From positions 1 through 22,503 of the IMG/VR virus record IMGVR_UViG_2698536485_000016: 22,503 nucleotides of DNA. One strand, given 5' to 3'. The stretch's first letter is position 1, and the number at the start of each line of letters is the position of its first letter. The notes beneath the pieces are model-generated. The model saw only the letters and a list, made by a program, of their open reading frames with translations, did no database searches and was not told the origin of the DNA. Shown piece by piece: positions 1-8,851 of this stretch. The stretch comes from a virus. Its lineage: Duplodnaviria > Heunggongvirae > Uroviricota > Caudoviricetes. Position numbers and translations under genes: made by a program.

Positions 1-528
1 GATGTGATGGCTGCTATGGGGATGGTGCAATCACAAGCCGGATTCGGAATGGCTGCATTCTGCGGTAAGTATGAACTCAGCCAGAACGACAAACAAAAGG
101 CTATCAACTATCTGATGCAATTTGCACACAAGGTATCGGGGAAATACCGTGGTGTGGCAAAGCTTGAAGGAAATACTAAGGCAAAGGTACTGCAAGTGCT
201 CGCAACATTCGCTTATGCGGATTATTGCCGTAGTGCCGCGACGCCGGGCGCAAGATGCAGAGATTGCCACGGTACAGGCCGTGCGGTTGATATAGCCAAA
301 ACAGAGCAGTGGGGGAGAGTTGTTGAGAAAGAGTGCGGAAGATGCAAAGGTGTCGGCTATTCAAGAATGCCAGCAAGCGCCGCATATCGCGCTGTAACGA
401 TGCTAATCCCAAACCTTACTCAACCCACCTGGTCACGCACTGTTAAGCCGCTGTATGACGCTCTGGTGGTGCAATGCCACAAAGAAGAGTCAATCGCAGA
501 CAACATTTTGAATGCGGTCACACGTTAG
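1..528 (+). CDS. Q: Late-gene antiterminator Q (lambda type), 5' end cut by the window edge
   Basis: Open in frame 1 from base 1 (ORF track 4..528). Translation carries a Cys-rich zinc-binding motif (CRDCHGTGR...CGRCKGVGY) and matches my recollection of lambda Q; lies directly upstream of a pR'-like promoter. Confidence 0.85.
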   Translation, partial: DVMAAMGMVQSQAGFGMAAFCGKYELSQNDKQKAINYLMQFAHKVSGKYRGVAKLEGNTKAKVLQVLATFAYADYCRSAATPGARCRDCHGTGRAVDIAKTEQWGRVVEKECGRCKGVGYSRMPASAAYRAVTMLIPNLTQPTWSRTVKPLYDALVVQCHKEESIADNILNAVTR

Positions 529-570
529 CAGCATGATTGCCACGGATGGCAACATATTAACGGCATGATA

Positions 571-620
571 TTGACTTTTTGAATAAAGTTGGGTAAATTT
601 GACCCAACGATGGGTTAATT
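571..620 (+). promoter_or_regulatory. pR'-like late promoter with Q-utilisation (qut) / pause region
   Basis: -35 TTGACT (571-576), 17-bp spacer, -10 TAAATT (594-599), start expected near 607; the sequence reads like the lambda pR' region as I recall it. Confidence 0.7.
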
Positions 621-740
621 CGCTCGTTGTGGTAGTGAGATGAAAAGAGGCGGCGCTTACTACCGATTCCGCCTAGTTGGTCACTTCGACGTATCGTCTG
701 GAACTCCAACCATCGCAGGCTGAGAGGTCTGCAAAATGCA

Positions 741-800
741 ATCCCGAAACAGTTCGCAGGTAATAGTTAGAGCCTGCATAACGGTTTCGGGATTTTTTAT
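741..800 (+). terminator. tR'-like intrinsic terminator (3' end of the short pR' leader transcript)
   Basis: Outer stem atcccgaaac (741-750) pairs with gtttcgggat (784-793), with an internal sub-hairpin, followed by a T-tract at 794-799; about 190 nt downstream of the predicted pR' start, as for the lambda 6S transcript. Confidence 0.7.
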
Positions 801-1196
801 ATCTGTGCAACAGGTAAGAGCATTCTCCTTTATGGGGCTTGGTTTAAATGCATTGAGTGCTCTTTCCGTTGTGCTGAATTAAGCGAATACCGGAAGCAGA
901 ACCGGATCACCAAATGCGTACAGGCGTCATCGCCGCCCAGCAACAGCACAACCCAAACTGAGCCGTAGCCACTGGCTATCCTGAATTCATCAGTGATAGT
1001 TACGCTGCGGCCTTCTACACATGATCTTCGTGAAAGCGGGTGACAGGAGGTCGCGCTAACAACCTCCTGCCGTTTTGCCCGTGCATATCGGTCACGAACA
1101 AATCTGATTACTAAACACAGTAGCCTGGATTTGTTCTATCAGTAATCGACCTTATTCCTAATTAAATAGAGCAAATCCCCTTATTGGGGGTAAGAC

Positions 1197-1520
1197 ATGA
1201 AGATGCCAGAAAAACATGACCTGTTAGCCGCCATTCTCGCGGCAAAGGAACAAGGCATCGGGGCAATCCTTGCGTTTGCAATGGCGTACCTTCGCGGCAG
1301 ATATAATGGCGGTGCGTTTACAAAAACAGTAATCGACGCAACGATGTGCGCCATTATCGCCTGGTTCATTCGTGACCTTCTCGACTTCGCCGGACTAAGT
1401 AGCAATCTCGCTTATATAACGAGCGTGTTCATCGGCTACATCGGTACTGACTCGATTGGTTCGCTTATCAAACGCTTCGCTGCTAAAAAAGCCGGAGTAG
1501 AAGATGGTGGAAATCAATAA
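1197..1520 (+). CDS. S: Class I holin, lambda S type, with dual-start motif (Met1-Lys2-Met3)
   Basis: 107-aa ORF with three hydrophobic segments and a charged C-terminus; MKMPEKHD N-terminus typical of the S107/S105 antiholin/holin pair; good SD upstream. Confidence 0.95.
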   Translation: MKMPEKHDLLAAILAAKEQGIGAILAFAMAYLRGRYNGGAFTKTVIDATMCAIIAWFIRDLLDFAGLSSNLAYITSVFIGYIGTDSIGSLIKRFAAKKAGVEDGGNQ

Positions 1521-1980
1521 TCAACGTAAGGCGTTCCTCGATATGCTGGCGTGGTCAGAGGGAACTGATAACGGACGGCAGAAAACCAGAAATCATGGTT
1601 ATGACGTCATTGTTGGCGGAGAGCTATTCACTGATTACTCAGATCACCCTCGCAAACTTGTCACGCTAAACCAAAAACTCAAATCAACAGCCGCCGGACG
1701 TTACCAGCTTCTTTCCCGTTGGTGGGATGCCTACCGTAAGCAGCTTGGCCTGAAAGACTTCTCTCCGAAAAGCCAGGACGCTGTGGCATTGCAGCAGATT
1801 AAAGAGCGTGGCGCTTTACCGATGATTGATCGCGGTGATATTCGTCAGGCTATCGACCGTTGCAGCAATATCTGGGCTTCACTGCCTGGCGCTGGTTATG
1901 GTCAGTTCGAGCATAAGGCTGACAGCCTGATTGCAAAATTCAAAGAAGCTGGCGGAACGGTCAGAGAGATTGAGGTATGA
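1504..1980 (+). CDS. R: Endolysin, lambda R type (lytic transglycosylase)
   Basis: 158-aa ORF directly after the holin, overlapping its 3' end by 17 nt; translation matches my recollection of lambda R ([24 protein letters not shown]...). Confidence 0.95.
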   Translation: MVEINNQRKAFLDMLAWSEGTDNGRQKTRNHGYDVIVGGELFTDYSDHPRKLVTLNQKLKSTAAGRYQLLSRWWDAYRKQLGLKDFSPKSQDAVALQQIKERGALPMIDRGDIRQAIDRCSNIWASLPGAGYGQFEHKADSLIAKFKEAGGTVREIEV

Positions 1981-2444
1981 GCAGAGTAACCGCGATTATC
2001 TCCGCTCTGGTTATCTGCATCATCGTTTGCCTGTCGTGGGCGGTCAATCATTACCGTGATAACGCCATGACCTACAAAGAACAGCGCGATAAAAAAGTCA
2101 GTGAGCTGATGCAGGCTACTACCACCATTACTGACATGCAGCAGCGCCAGCGTACTGCTGATGCACTTGATGCTAAATACACGAAGGAGTTAGCTGATGC
2201 GAAAGCTGAAAATGATGCTCTTCGGCGCAAGCTTGATAATGGTGGTCGGGTGCTCGTCAAAGGAAAATGCCCTGTGCCATCCTCAGCCGAAACCTCCAGC
2301 GCCTCCGGCATGGGCAATGATGCCACCGTCGAACTCTCTCCAGTTGCTGGACGAAACGTTCTCGGTGTCCGGGACGGAATTATCCGCGACCAAACAGTAC
2401 TGAGAACGCTTCAGGAATACATCAGGACGCAATGCCTTCGATGA
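1977..2444 (+). CDS. Rz: Rz inner-membrane spanin (i-spanin)
   Basis: Start overlaps the R stop (ATGA); N-terminal transmembrane segment followed by a coiled-coil-like periplasmic domain; position after the endolysin. Confidence 0.9.
   Translation: MSRVTAIISALVICIIVCLSWAVNHYRDNAMTYKEQRDKKVSELMQATTTITDMQQRQRTADALDAKYTKELADAKAENDALRRKLDNGGRVLVKGKCPVPSSAETSSASGMGNDATVELSPVAGRNVLGVRDGIIRDQTVLRTLQEYIRTQCLR
2197..2403 (+). CDS. Rz1: Rz1 outer-membrane lipoprotein spanin (o-spanin), nested in the +1 frame of Rz
   Basis: 68-aa ORF wholly inside Rz; signal peptide with lipobox (LIMVVGC) followed by a proline-rich mature region ([11 protein letters not shown]); classical embedded Rz/Rz1 architecture. 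Confidence 0.75.
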   Translation: MRKLKMMLFGASLIMVVGCSSKENALCHPQPKPPAPPAWAMMPPSNSLQLLDETFSVSGTELSATKQY

Positions 2445-2615
2445 TAGCGATAATTTTACTCATCATCCTTCACATCTGGCTCTGTAGACAGGGTGATGAT
2501 CACTTCTGGAGTGAATCCAGATTAAACATCTCATTGCTGATGCTTGATATTGAGCATCTGGCGCGCGGTAAGGGGCTGCGTTGAGATAAGAGCCAGTCAT
2601 TACAAATACCAGGAT

Positions 2616-2645
2616 TTAGCCTCGCATTCGCGGGGCTTTTTATAT
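2616..2645 (+). terminator. Candidate intrinsic terminator downstream of the lysis cassette
   Basis: GC-rich hairpin agcctcgc-attc-gcggggct (2618-2637) followed by TTTTTATAT. Confidence 0.5.
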
Positions 2646-2785
2646 CTGAATTTCACAGCGCATCTCACGCGCATATTAACGAGAGCCTTTCAGTAAGCGA
2701 GCCTGAGAAATTCCGTTATAGGTGGCGACCTCTCTCGGGCGGCTTTTCTGTGAGACAGGCTCACTTTCTAAAAGGTAAAGACGCT

Positions 2786-3304
2786 ATGAATCATCAATTG
2801 GCTAATCTCGATTTCCGGGACATGGTGGTTGTTTCTGGTGATCGCGTGATCACAACCTCCCGCAAGGTAGCAGCTTACTTCGACAAGCAGCATCACCACA
2901 TCATTCAGAAAATCGAAAAGCTAGACTGTTCGGATGAATTTCTAACCAGCAACTTTTCGCGGGTTACCTATGAACACAAGGGTAATCAGTATGTTGAATA
3001 TGAAATTTCCAAAGACGGCGCGATGTACATCATCATGTCGTTTACCGGCAAAAAAGCTGCCGCCATCAAAGAGGCGTTTATCAAAGCATTTAATTGGATG
3101 CGTGACAGGCTGATGGAGATGGCTCACTCATACCAAAGAGAGCACAACGAGTTAATGCTGGAGTTCATGAAGGAAAAGGATGTTGCCAGTATGTCAGGAC
3201 GCTTGCTGAACCGCTGGGGCAGGATCAAAAAACCGCAACTCATAGCAAGAATCGAAAGGCTTGAGCAGCAGGCGCAAATATCGATCCCCGGACTGCCAAA
3301 GTGA
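2786..3304 (+). CDS. Rha-family phage regulatory protein
   Basis: N-terminal segment VVVSGDRVITTSRKVAAYFDKQHHHIIQKIEKL and later MSFTGKKAAAIKEAFIKAFNWM fit the Rha domain pattern as I know it. ATG at 2786 preferred over the GTG at 2750 used by the ORF track. Confidence 0.75.
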   Translation: MNHQLANLDFRDMVVVSGDRVITTSRKVAAYFDKQHHHIIQKIEKLDCSDEFLTSNFSRVTYEHKGNQYVEYEISKDGAMYIIMSFTGKKAAAIKEAFIKAFNWMRDRLMEMAHSYQREHNELMLEFMKEKDVASMSGRLLNRWGRIKKPQLIARIERLEQQAQISIPGLPK

Positions 3305-3656
3305 CCATTCCAAAGCTCATCTACGGGTGGGCTTGATAATGAAACCGTGATTTACATCCCCACAATCCGGGTATGTAAAAGATAGTTCAGGCGAGAACAG
3401 ATTTAACTAAATCTGTGCACCACCAGTTGCGGCAGTACAGCGAAACAACCCAAGCCAGAAAGTGGGGAAATAACACTGGCAGCCACTGAAAGATGAACCT
3501 CCAGCCTTAAGGCAAAAAAGATTCTTTGTGGTGGCGGACTGATGGAAAGACATCGGTTATTGCAGAGGCCATTCAATGAGTGGTCTCGACAATGGCTTAT
3601 ACCCTACACGGGATAACTTAATTGATATCCCTTTTAACGGATAAACGGAGCCAACA

Positions 3657-3899
3657 ATGGCAGAGATTATTCCCATGACTGAAGAACAGAAATTCCAGTT
3701 AGAGATTTACAAACTGGTCATGAACCAGAACGCAGCCGCAGAAGAAGCATTTCAATTCATCGGCACTGACGAGTTGAAGCTTGAGCTATTCAAAATTCAC
3801 TTCCAGTCAGGTGGCGCTAATTCAGATATCACGACCAGAACTATCGAAGCGGTGCGTAAATCGAAGGAAGCGTTAGACCTGTTCACTACCGGAGCATAA
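3657..3899 (+). CDS. Hypothetical small acidic protein (80 aa)
   Basis: ORF with SD GGAG 9 nt upstream (acggagccaacaATG); no family recognised; sits just upstream of the small terminase gene. Confidence 0.5.
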   Translation: MAEIIPMTEEQKFQLEIYKLVMNQNAAAEEAFQFIGTDELKLELFKIHFQSGGANSDITTRTIEAVRKSKEALDLFTTGA

Positions 3900-3978
3900 A
3901 CATGGCAACTCAAGGTTTCGACAACCCATCCAAATTCCGCGATGAATGGGATAAGCAAGCAGAAGGGAAATAATCAAT

Positions 3979-4404
3979 ATGGCGACTGAGAAAAAGAATG
4001 TCGGTCGCCCTTCGGATTACCTACCGGAGGTGGCTGATGATATCTGTGCGCTGCTTTCCTCCGGGGAAAGTCTGGTTAAGGTTTGCAAGCGCCCCGGCAT
4101 GCCAGCAAAGGCTACTGTATTTCGCTGGCTGTCAGAGCATGAAGAATTTAGAGACAAGTACGCGAAGGCAACTGAGGCACGAGCTGATTCTATTTTCGAA
4201 GAGATATTCGAAATTGCTGACACTGCGATTCCAGATGCTGCTGAGGTGGCAAAGGCAAGACTTCGCGTTGATACCCGCAAATGGGCGCTGGCCCGAATGA
4301 ATCCCCGTAAGTATGGCGACAAGGTAACTAACGAGCTTGTCGGCAAAGACGGCGGCGCAATCCAGATTGAAACATCACCGATGAGCACTCTATTCGGAAA
4401 ATGA
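3979..4404 (+). CDS. Terminase small subunit (Sf6 gp1-like)
   Basis: 141-aa ORF immediately upstream of, and overlapping (ATGA), the large terminase; N-terminal DNA-binding-like region; matches my recollection of Sf6-type small terminase. Confidence 0.85.
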   Translation: MATEKKNVGRPSDYLPEVADDICALLSSGESLVKVCKRPGMPAKATVFRWLSEHEEFRDKYAKATEARADSIFEEIFEIADTAIPDAAEVAKARLRVDTRKWALARMNPRKYGDKVTNELVGKDGGAIQIETSPMSTLFGK

Positions 4405-5813
4405 CCTCGATTAATCCTATCTTTGAACCGTTCATTGAGGCGCATCGCTACAAAGTCGCCAAAGGCGGTCGAGGTAGCGGTAAGTCATGGGCAATTGCGA
4501 GACTGCTTGTTGAAGCGGCGCGTCGGCAGCCTGTGCGCATACTCTGCGCTCGTGAACTGCAAAACAGTATCAGCGATTCTGTAATCCGGTTGCTTGAAGA
4601 CACCATCGAGCGTGAAGGATATTCGGCTGAGTTTGAAATTCAGCGTTCAATGATTCGTCATCTCGGAACGAATGCTGAATTCATGTTCTACGGAATAAAA
4701 AACAACCCGACGAAGATTAAATCGCTCGAAGGTATTGATATCTGCTGGGTGGAAGAAGCGGAGGCGGTAACGAAGGAATCATGGGATATCCTGATACCAA
4801 CCATCCGTAAGCCGTTCTCTGAAATATGGGTGAGCTTTAACCCGAAGAACATCCTCGACGATACCTATCAGCGATTCGTCGTAAATCCTCCTGATGATAT
4901 TTGTCTGCTGACGGTGAACTACACCGACAACCCGCACTTTCCTGAAGTTCTCCGTCTGGAGATGGAAGAGTGTAAACGCAGAAACCCGACACTGTATCGT
5001 CACATCTGGCTTGGTGAGCCAGTAAGCGCAAGTGATATGGCAATCATCAAACGTGAATGGCTTGAAGCCGCAACCGATGCGCACAAGAAACTCGGATGGA
5101 AAGCGAAAGGCGCTGTTGTCTCTGCGCATGACCCGTCAGATACAGGGCCGGATGCTAAAGGTTATGCATCGCGTCACGGTTCGGTTGTTAAGCGCATTGC
5201 CGAAGGCCTGCTGATGGACATCAACGAGGGTGCTGACTGGGCTACTTCGCTGGCGATTGAAGACGGCGCTGACCATTACCTGTGGGACGGTGATGGCGTC
5301 GGTGCGGGCCTACGCAGACAGACAACGGAAGCGTTCTCCGGCAAGAAAATCACCGCCACGATGTTCAAGGGAAGTGAATCGCCATTCGATGAAGATGCGC
5401 CGTATCAGGCCGGAGCATGGGCTGATGAAGTCGTACAGGGTGACAACGTTCGCACTATTGGTGATGTGTTCCGCAATAAGCGAGCGCAATTCTATTACGC
5501 GCTGGCTGACAGGCTGTATCTGACATATCGGGCGGTTGTCCACGGTGAGTATGCAGACCCCGACGACATGCTGAGTTTCGACAAAGAAGCGATAGGCGAG
5601 AAGATGCTGGAGAAGCTGTTTGCAGAACTGACGCAGATTCAGCGCAAATTCAATAACAACGGGAAGCTGGAGCTAATGACTAAGGTCGAAATGAAGCAGA
5701 AGCTCGGTATTCCATCTCCTAACCTGGCTGATGCGCTGATGATGTGTATGCATTGCCCGGCATTGGTCCGCGAAGAAACAGAAATATACGTTCCCTCATC
5801 CTCCGGTTGGTAA
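4401..5813 (+). CDS. Terminase large subunit (ATPase/nuclease), PBSX / Sf6 gp2 type
   Basis: 470-aa ORF; Walker A GGRGSGKS near the N-terminus; acidic nuclease-domain residues C-terminally; canonical position. Confidence 0.95.
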   Translation: MTSINPIFEPFIEAHRYKVAKGGRGSGKSWAIARLLVEAARRQPVRILCARELQNSISDSVIRLLEDTIEREGYSAEFEIQRSMIRHLGTNAEFMFYGIKNNPTKIKSLEGIDICWVEEAEAVTKESWDILIPTIRKPFSEIWVSFNPKNILDDTYQRFVVNPPDDICLLTVNYTDNPHFPEVLRLEMEECKRRNPTLYRHIWLGEPVSASDMAIIKREWLEAATDAHKKLGWKAKGAVVSAHDPSDTGPDAKGYASRHGSVVKRIAEGLLMDINEGADWATSLAIEDGADHYLWDGDGVGAGLRRQTTEAFSGKKITATMFKGSESPFDEDAPYQAGAWADEVVQGDNVRTIGDVFRNKRAQFYYALADRLYLTYRAVVHGEYADPDDMLSFDKEAIGEKMLEKLFAELTQIQRKFNNNGKLELMTKVEMKQKLGIPSPNLADALMMCMHCPALVREETEIYVPSSSGW

Positions 5814-5815
5814 AC

Positions 5816-7942
5816 ATGGCAGAGACATTAGAGAAAAAACATGAGCGGATCATGCTCAGGTTTGACCGCGCCTATTCTCCACAGAAGGAAGTGCGCGAAA
5901 AGTGCATTGAAGCTACGAGGTTTGCTCGTGTCCCCGGAGGTCAATGGGAAGGAGCAACGGCGGCTGGAACTAAGCTTGATGAGCAGTTCGAGAAGTATCC
6001 TAAGTTTGAAATCAATAAGGTAGCAACTGAACTTAACCGCATCATTGCAGAATACCGCAATAACAGAATAACCGTTAAGTTTCGTCCTGGTGACAGAGAG
6101 GCAAGCGAAGAGTTAGCCAATAAATTAAATGGTCTGTTCCGTGCTGACTACGAAGAAACTGATGGCGGTGAGGCTTGCGATAATGCATTTGACGACGCTG
6201 CTACTGGTGGTTTCGGTTGCTTCCGTTTGACGTCGATGCTGGTCAATGAATACGACCCCATGGACGATCGTCAGCGTATTGCTATTGAACCAATATACGA
6301 CCCGTCGCGCTCTGTGTGGTTTGACCCTGACGCTAAGAAGTACGACAAATCTGACGCGTTGTGGGCGTTCTGTATGTATTCGTTGTCACCTGAAAAATAT
6401 GAGGCTGAATACGGAAAGAAACCTCCTACTTCTCTGGATGTAACGTCTATGACCAGTTGGGAATATAACTGGTTTGGTGCAGATGTTATTTACATAGCGA
6501 AGTATTACGAAGTTCGTAAAGAGTCTGTTGACGTCATCAGTTATCGACATCCAATCACTGGAGAGATTGCAACATACGACAGTGATCAGGTTGAAGATAT
6601 TGAAGATGAACTGGCAATAGCTGGATTTCAGGAAGTGGCAAGGCGCTCAGTGAAGCGCCGTCGTGTGTATGTATCCGTAGTGGATGGTGATGGTTTCCTT
6701 GAGAAACCTCGACGTATTCCTGGTGAGCATATCCCCCTCATCCCGGTTTATGGAAAACGCTGGTTCATTGATGACATTGAGCGTGTCGAAGGGCACATTG
6801 CAAAAGCAATGGATCCACAGCGTTTGTACAACCTTCAGGTTTCAATGCTGGCTGATACTGCAGCGCAAGACCCCGGTCAGATCCCTATAGTTGGCATGGA
6901 GCAAATTCGTGGACTTGAGAAGCACTGGGAGGCTCGCAACAAGAAACGCCCAGCGTTCTTGCCGTTGCGCGAAGTGAGAGATAAATCTGGCAACATTATC
7001 GCTGGAGCTACCCCGGCAGGATATACACAGCCTGCGGTTATGAATCAGGCATTGGCTGCATTACTACAGCAAACCAGTGCTGATATTCAGGAGGTTACAG
7101 GCGGCAGTCAGGCCATGCAGCAGATGCCAAGTAATATTGCTCAGGAAACGGTTAACAACTTGATGAACAGAGCAGATATGGCTTCGTTTATCTATCTGGA
7201 TAATATGGCGAAAAGTCTTAAACGCGCTGGTGAAGTATGGCTGTCAATGGCGCGTGAAGTGTACGGTTCAGAACGTGAAGTGCGCATCGTTAACGAAGAT
7301 GGAAGTGATGATATCGCTGTCCTGAGCGCACAGGTTGTTGACAGGCAAACAGGGGCTGTTGTTGCGTTAAATGACCTTTCTGTCGGTCGATACGATGTGA
7401 CGGTTGATGTTGGACCAAGCTACACAGCACGACGTGATGCAACGGTTTCTGTACTGACAAATGTCCTTAGCTCTATGCTTCCAACAGACCCAATGCGCCC
7501 GGCAATTCAGGGTATTATTCTGGACAATATCGATGGCGAAGGCCTTGATGACTTCAAAGAGTACAACCGAAACCAACTGCTGATATCTGGTATTGCAAAA
7601 CCACGCAATGAGAAAGAGCAGCAGATTGTTCAACAGGCGCAAATGGCAGCACAAAGCCAGCCAAATCCTGAAATGGTTCTCGCTCAGGCGCAAATGGTAG
7701 CAGCGCAGGCAGAAGCGCAAAAAGCAACTAACGAAACTGCTCAAACTCAAATCAAAGCATTTACTGCCCAGCAGGATGCGATGGAGAGTCAGGCAAACAC
7801 TGTCTATAAACTGGCTCAAGCCAGAAACATCGATGACAAAGCAGTGATGGAGGCAATACGCCTTCTGAAAGATGTCGCCGAGTCACAACAACAGCAATTC
7901 CAGTCACCACCACAGTCACCGGCAGACTTAATGCCGAGTTAA
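5816..7942 (+). CDS. Portal protein (P22 gp1 / Sf6 gp3-like)
   Basis: Large ORF directly after the terminase. I chose the ATG at 5816 (708 aa, start MAETLEKK, 2 nt after the terminase stop) rather than the extended 732-aa ORF-track start at 5744, which overlaps the terminase. Gln/Ala-rich C-terminal barrel-like tail. Confidence 0.88.
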   Translation: MAETLEKKHERIMLRFDRAYSPQKEVREKCIEATRFARVPGGQWEGATAAGTKLDEQFEKYPKFEINKVATELNRIIAEYRNNRITVKFRPGDREASEELANKLNGLFRADYEETDGGEACDNAFDDAATGGFGCFRLTSMLVNEYDPMDDRQRIAIEPIYDPSRSVWFDPDAKKYDKSDALWAFCMYSLSPEKYEAEYGKKPPTSLDVTSMTSWEYNWFGADVIYIAKYYEVRKESVDVISYRHPITGEIATYDSDQVEDIEDELAIAGFQEVARRSVKRRRVYVSVVDGDGFLEKPRRIPGEHIPLIPVYGKRWFIDDIERVEGHIAKAMDPQRLYNLQVSMLADTAAQDPGQIPIVGMEQIRGLEKHWEARNKKRPAFLPLREVRDKSGNIIAGATPAGYTQPAVMNQALAALLQQTSADIQEVTGGSQAMQQMPSNIAQETVNNLMNRADMASFIYLDNMAKSLKRAGEVWLSMAREVYGSEREVRIVNEDGSDDIAVLSAQVVDRQTGAVVALNDLSVGRYDVTVDVGPSYTARRDATVSVLTNVLSSMLPTDPMRPAIQGIILDNIDGEGLDDFKEYNRNQLLISGIAKPRNEKEQQIVQQAQMAAQSQPNPEMVLAQAQMVAAQAEAQKATNETAQTQIKAFTAQQDAMESQANTVYKLAQARNIDDKAVMEAIRLLKDVAESQQQQFQSPPQSPADLMPS

Positions 7943-7955
7943 CCAGGAGTAATCA

Positions 7956-8840
7956 ATGGAAAACGAACTGATCATCGACGGTCAGGTTATTGACCTGTCT
8001 GAAACACAGGAAAATGCAGAAGAAACCATCATCCAAACAGAGTCACAGCCTGAGAATGAAAGCCAGGATGACAACGGTAAAGAGGTGGCAACTGAGCCTG
8101 AAAAAACCGAAGAGACACCAGAAGATTACGCCTTGCGTATTGGTGATGAAGAAATTCAGCTTAACGCTGACGATGATGATCACATTGACGGGCAACCTGC
8201 ACCGCAATGGGTGAAAGATCTTCGCAAAGGCTTCAAAGAAACACAGAAAGAAAACCGTGAGTTGCGCCGCCAGCTTGAGGAAGCATTAGCCAAGCCAGCG
8301 GAACATCAGCAACCACAACCAGACGCTATTCCACCAAAACCGACTCTTGAGTCGTGTGATTATGACGAACAGGCGTTTGAACAGGCATTGACTGATTGGC
8401 ATGAGAAAAAAGGCCGTGTCGAACAGCAGCAGCAACAAAAACTACGTCAGCAACAGGAATACCAACAGCGTTTCCAGCAAAGGGTAGAAGCGCATAAACA
8501 ACGGGCAGCCAAACTTCCTGTGAAAGATTATCAGGAAATGGAGGCCATTGTTCTTAGTGAGCTACCACCAATTCAGCAGGAAATCATCATTCACTGTGCA
8601 GACGAAGGCTCTGAACTACTCGCCTATGGCTTAGGTAAGAGCCAGCAATTACGCCAGCGTGTAGCCGCTGAGACAGATCCAATTCGCGCAGCATTCCTCT
8701 TGGGGCAGATTAGCAAACAGGTAAGCCTTGCTCCAAAACCAAAGAAAGCCATCAAGCCAGAGCCGGAAGTACGTGGTGGCGGTGCTGATGCGAAACAAGA
8801 CGAATTCAACAAATTATGCCCCGGCGCAAAAATCGAATAA
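7956..8840 (+). CDS. Scaffolding protein
   Basis: 294-aa highly charged, Glu/Gln-rich, helical-looking protein between portal and coat; SD aggag upstream. Confidence 0.75.
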   Translation: MENELIIDGQVIDLSETQENAEETIIQTESQPENESQDDNGKEVATEPEKTEETPEDYALRIGDEEIQLNADDDDHIDGQPAPQWVKDLRKGFKETQKENRELRRQLEEALAKPAEHQQPQPDAIPPKPTLESCDYDEQAFEQALTDWHEKKGRVEQQQQQKLRQQQEYQQRFQQRVEAHKQRAAKLPVKDYQEMEAIVLSELPPIQQEIIIHCADEGSELLAYGLGKSQQLRQRVAAETDPIRAAFLLGQISKQVSLAPKPKKAIKPEPEVRGGGADAKQDEFNKLCPGAKIE

Positions 8841-8851
8841 GGAAAAGATAA

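Noticed and set aside
529-1196. Possible toxin or moron gene between Q and S
   Set aside because: No ORF of meaningful length on either strand; the region reads as the lambda-like pR'/tR' leader.
2445-2750. bor-like lipoprotein gene on the minus strand after Rz, as in lambda
   Set aside because: No ORF of 60 aa or more on either strand; the sequence does not resemble the lambda bor region as I recall it.
2750-2785. GTG start at 2750 for the Rha ORF
   Set aside because: The downstream ATG at 2786 is preceded by a purine-rich stretch and gives an N-terminus typical of Rha proteins; the GTG extension adds 12 residues with no support.
4017-4445. 142-aa minus-strand ORF and 100-aa +-strand alternative-frame ORF (3998..4300) inside the small terminase gene
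   Set aside because: Both overlap the small terminase, whose frame has clear homology and operon context; no start signals; likely chance ORFs.
5744-5815. Extended portal start at 5744 (732-aa version in the ORF track)
   Set aside because: It would overlap the last 70 nt of the large terminase; the ATG at 5816 sits 2 nt after the terminase stop and gives a 708-aa product that matches my recollection of the Sf6 portal length.
7367-7819. 150-aa minus-strand ORF within the portal gene
   Set aside because: Antisense to the portal coding sequence; Cys/Leu-rich low-complexity translation typical of a non-coding frame.
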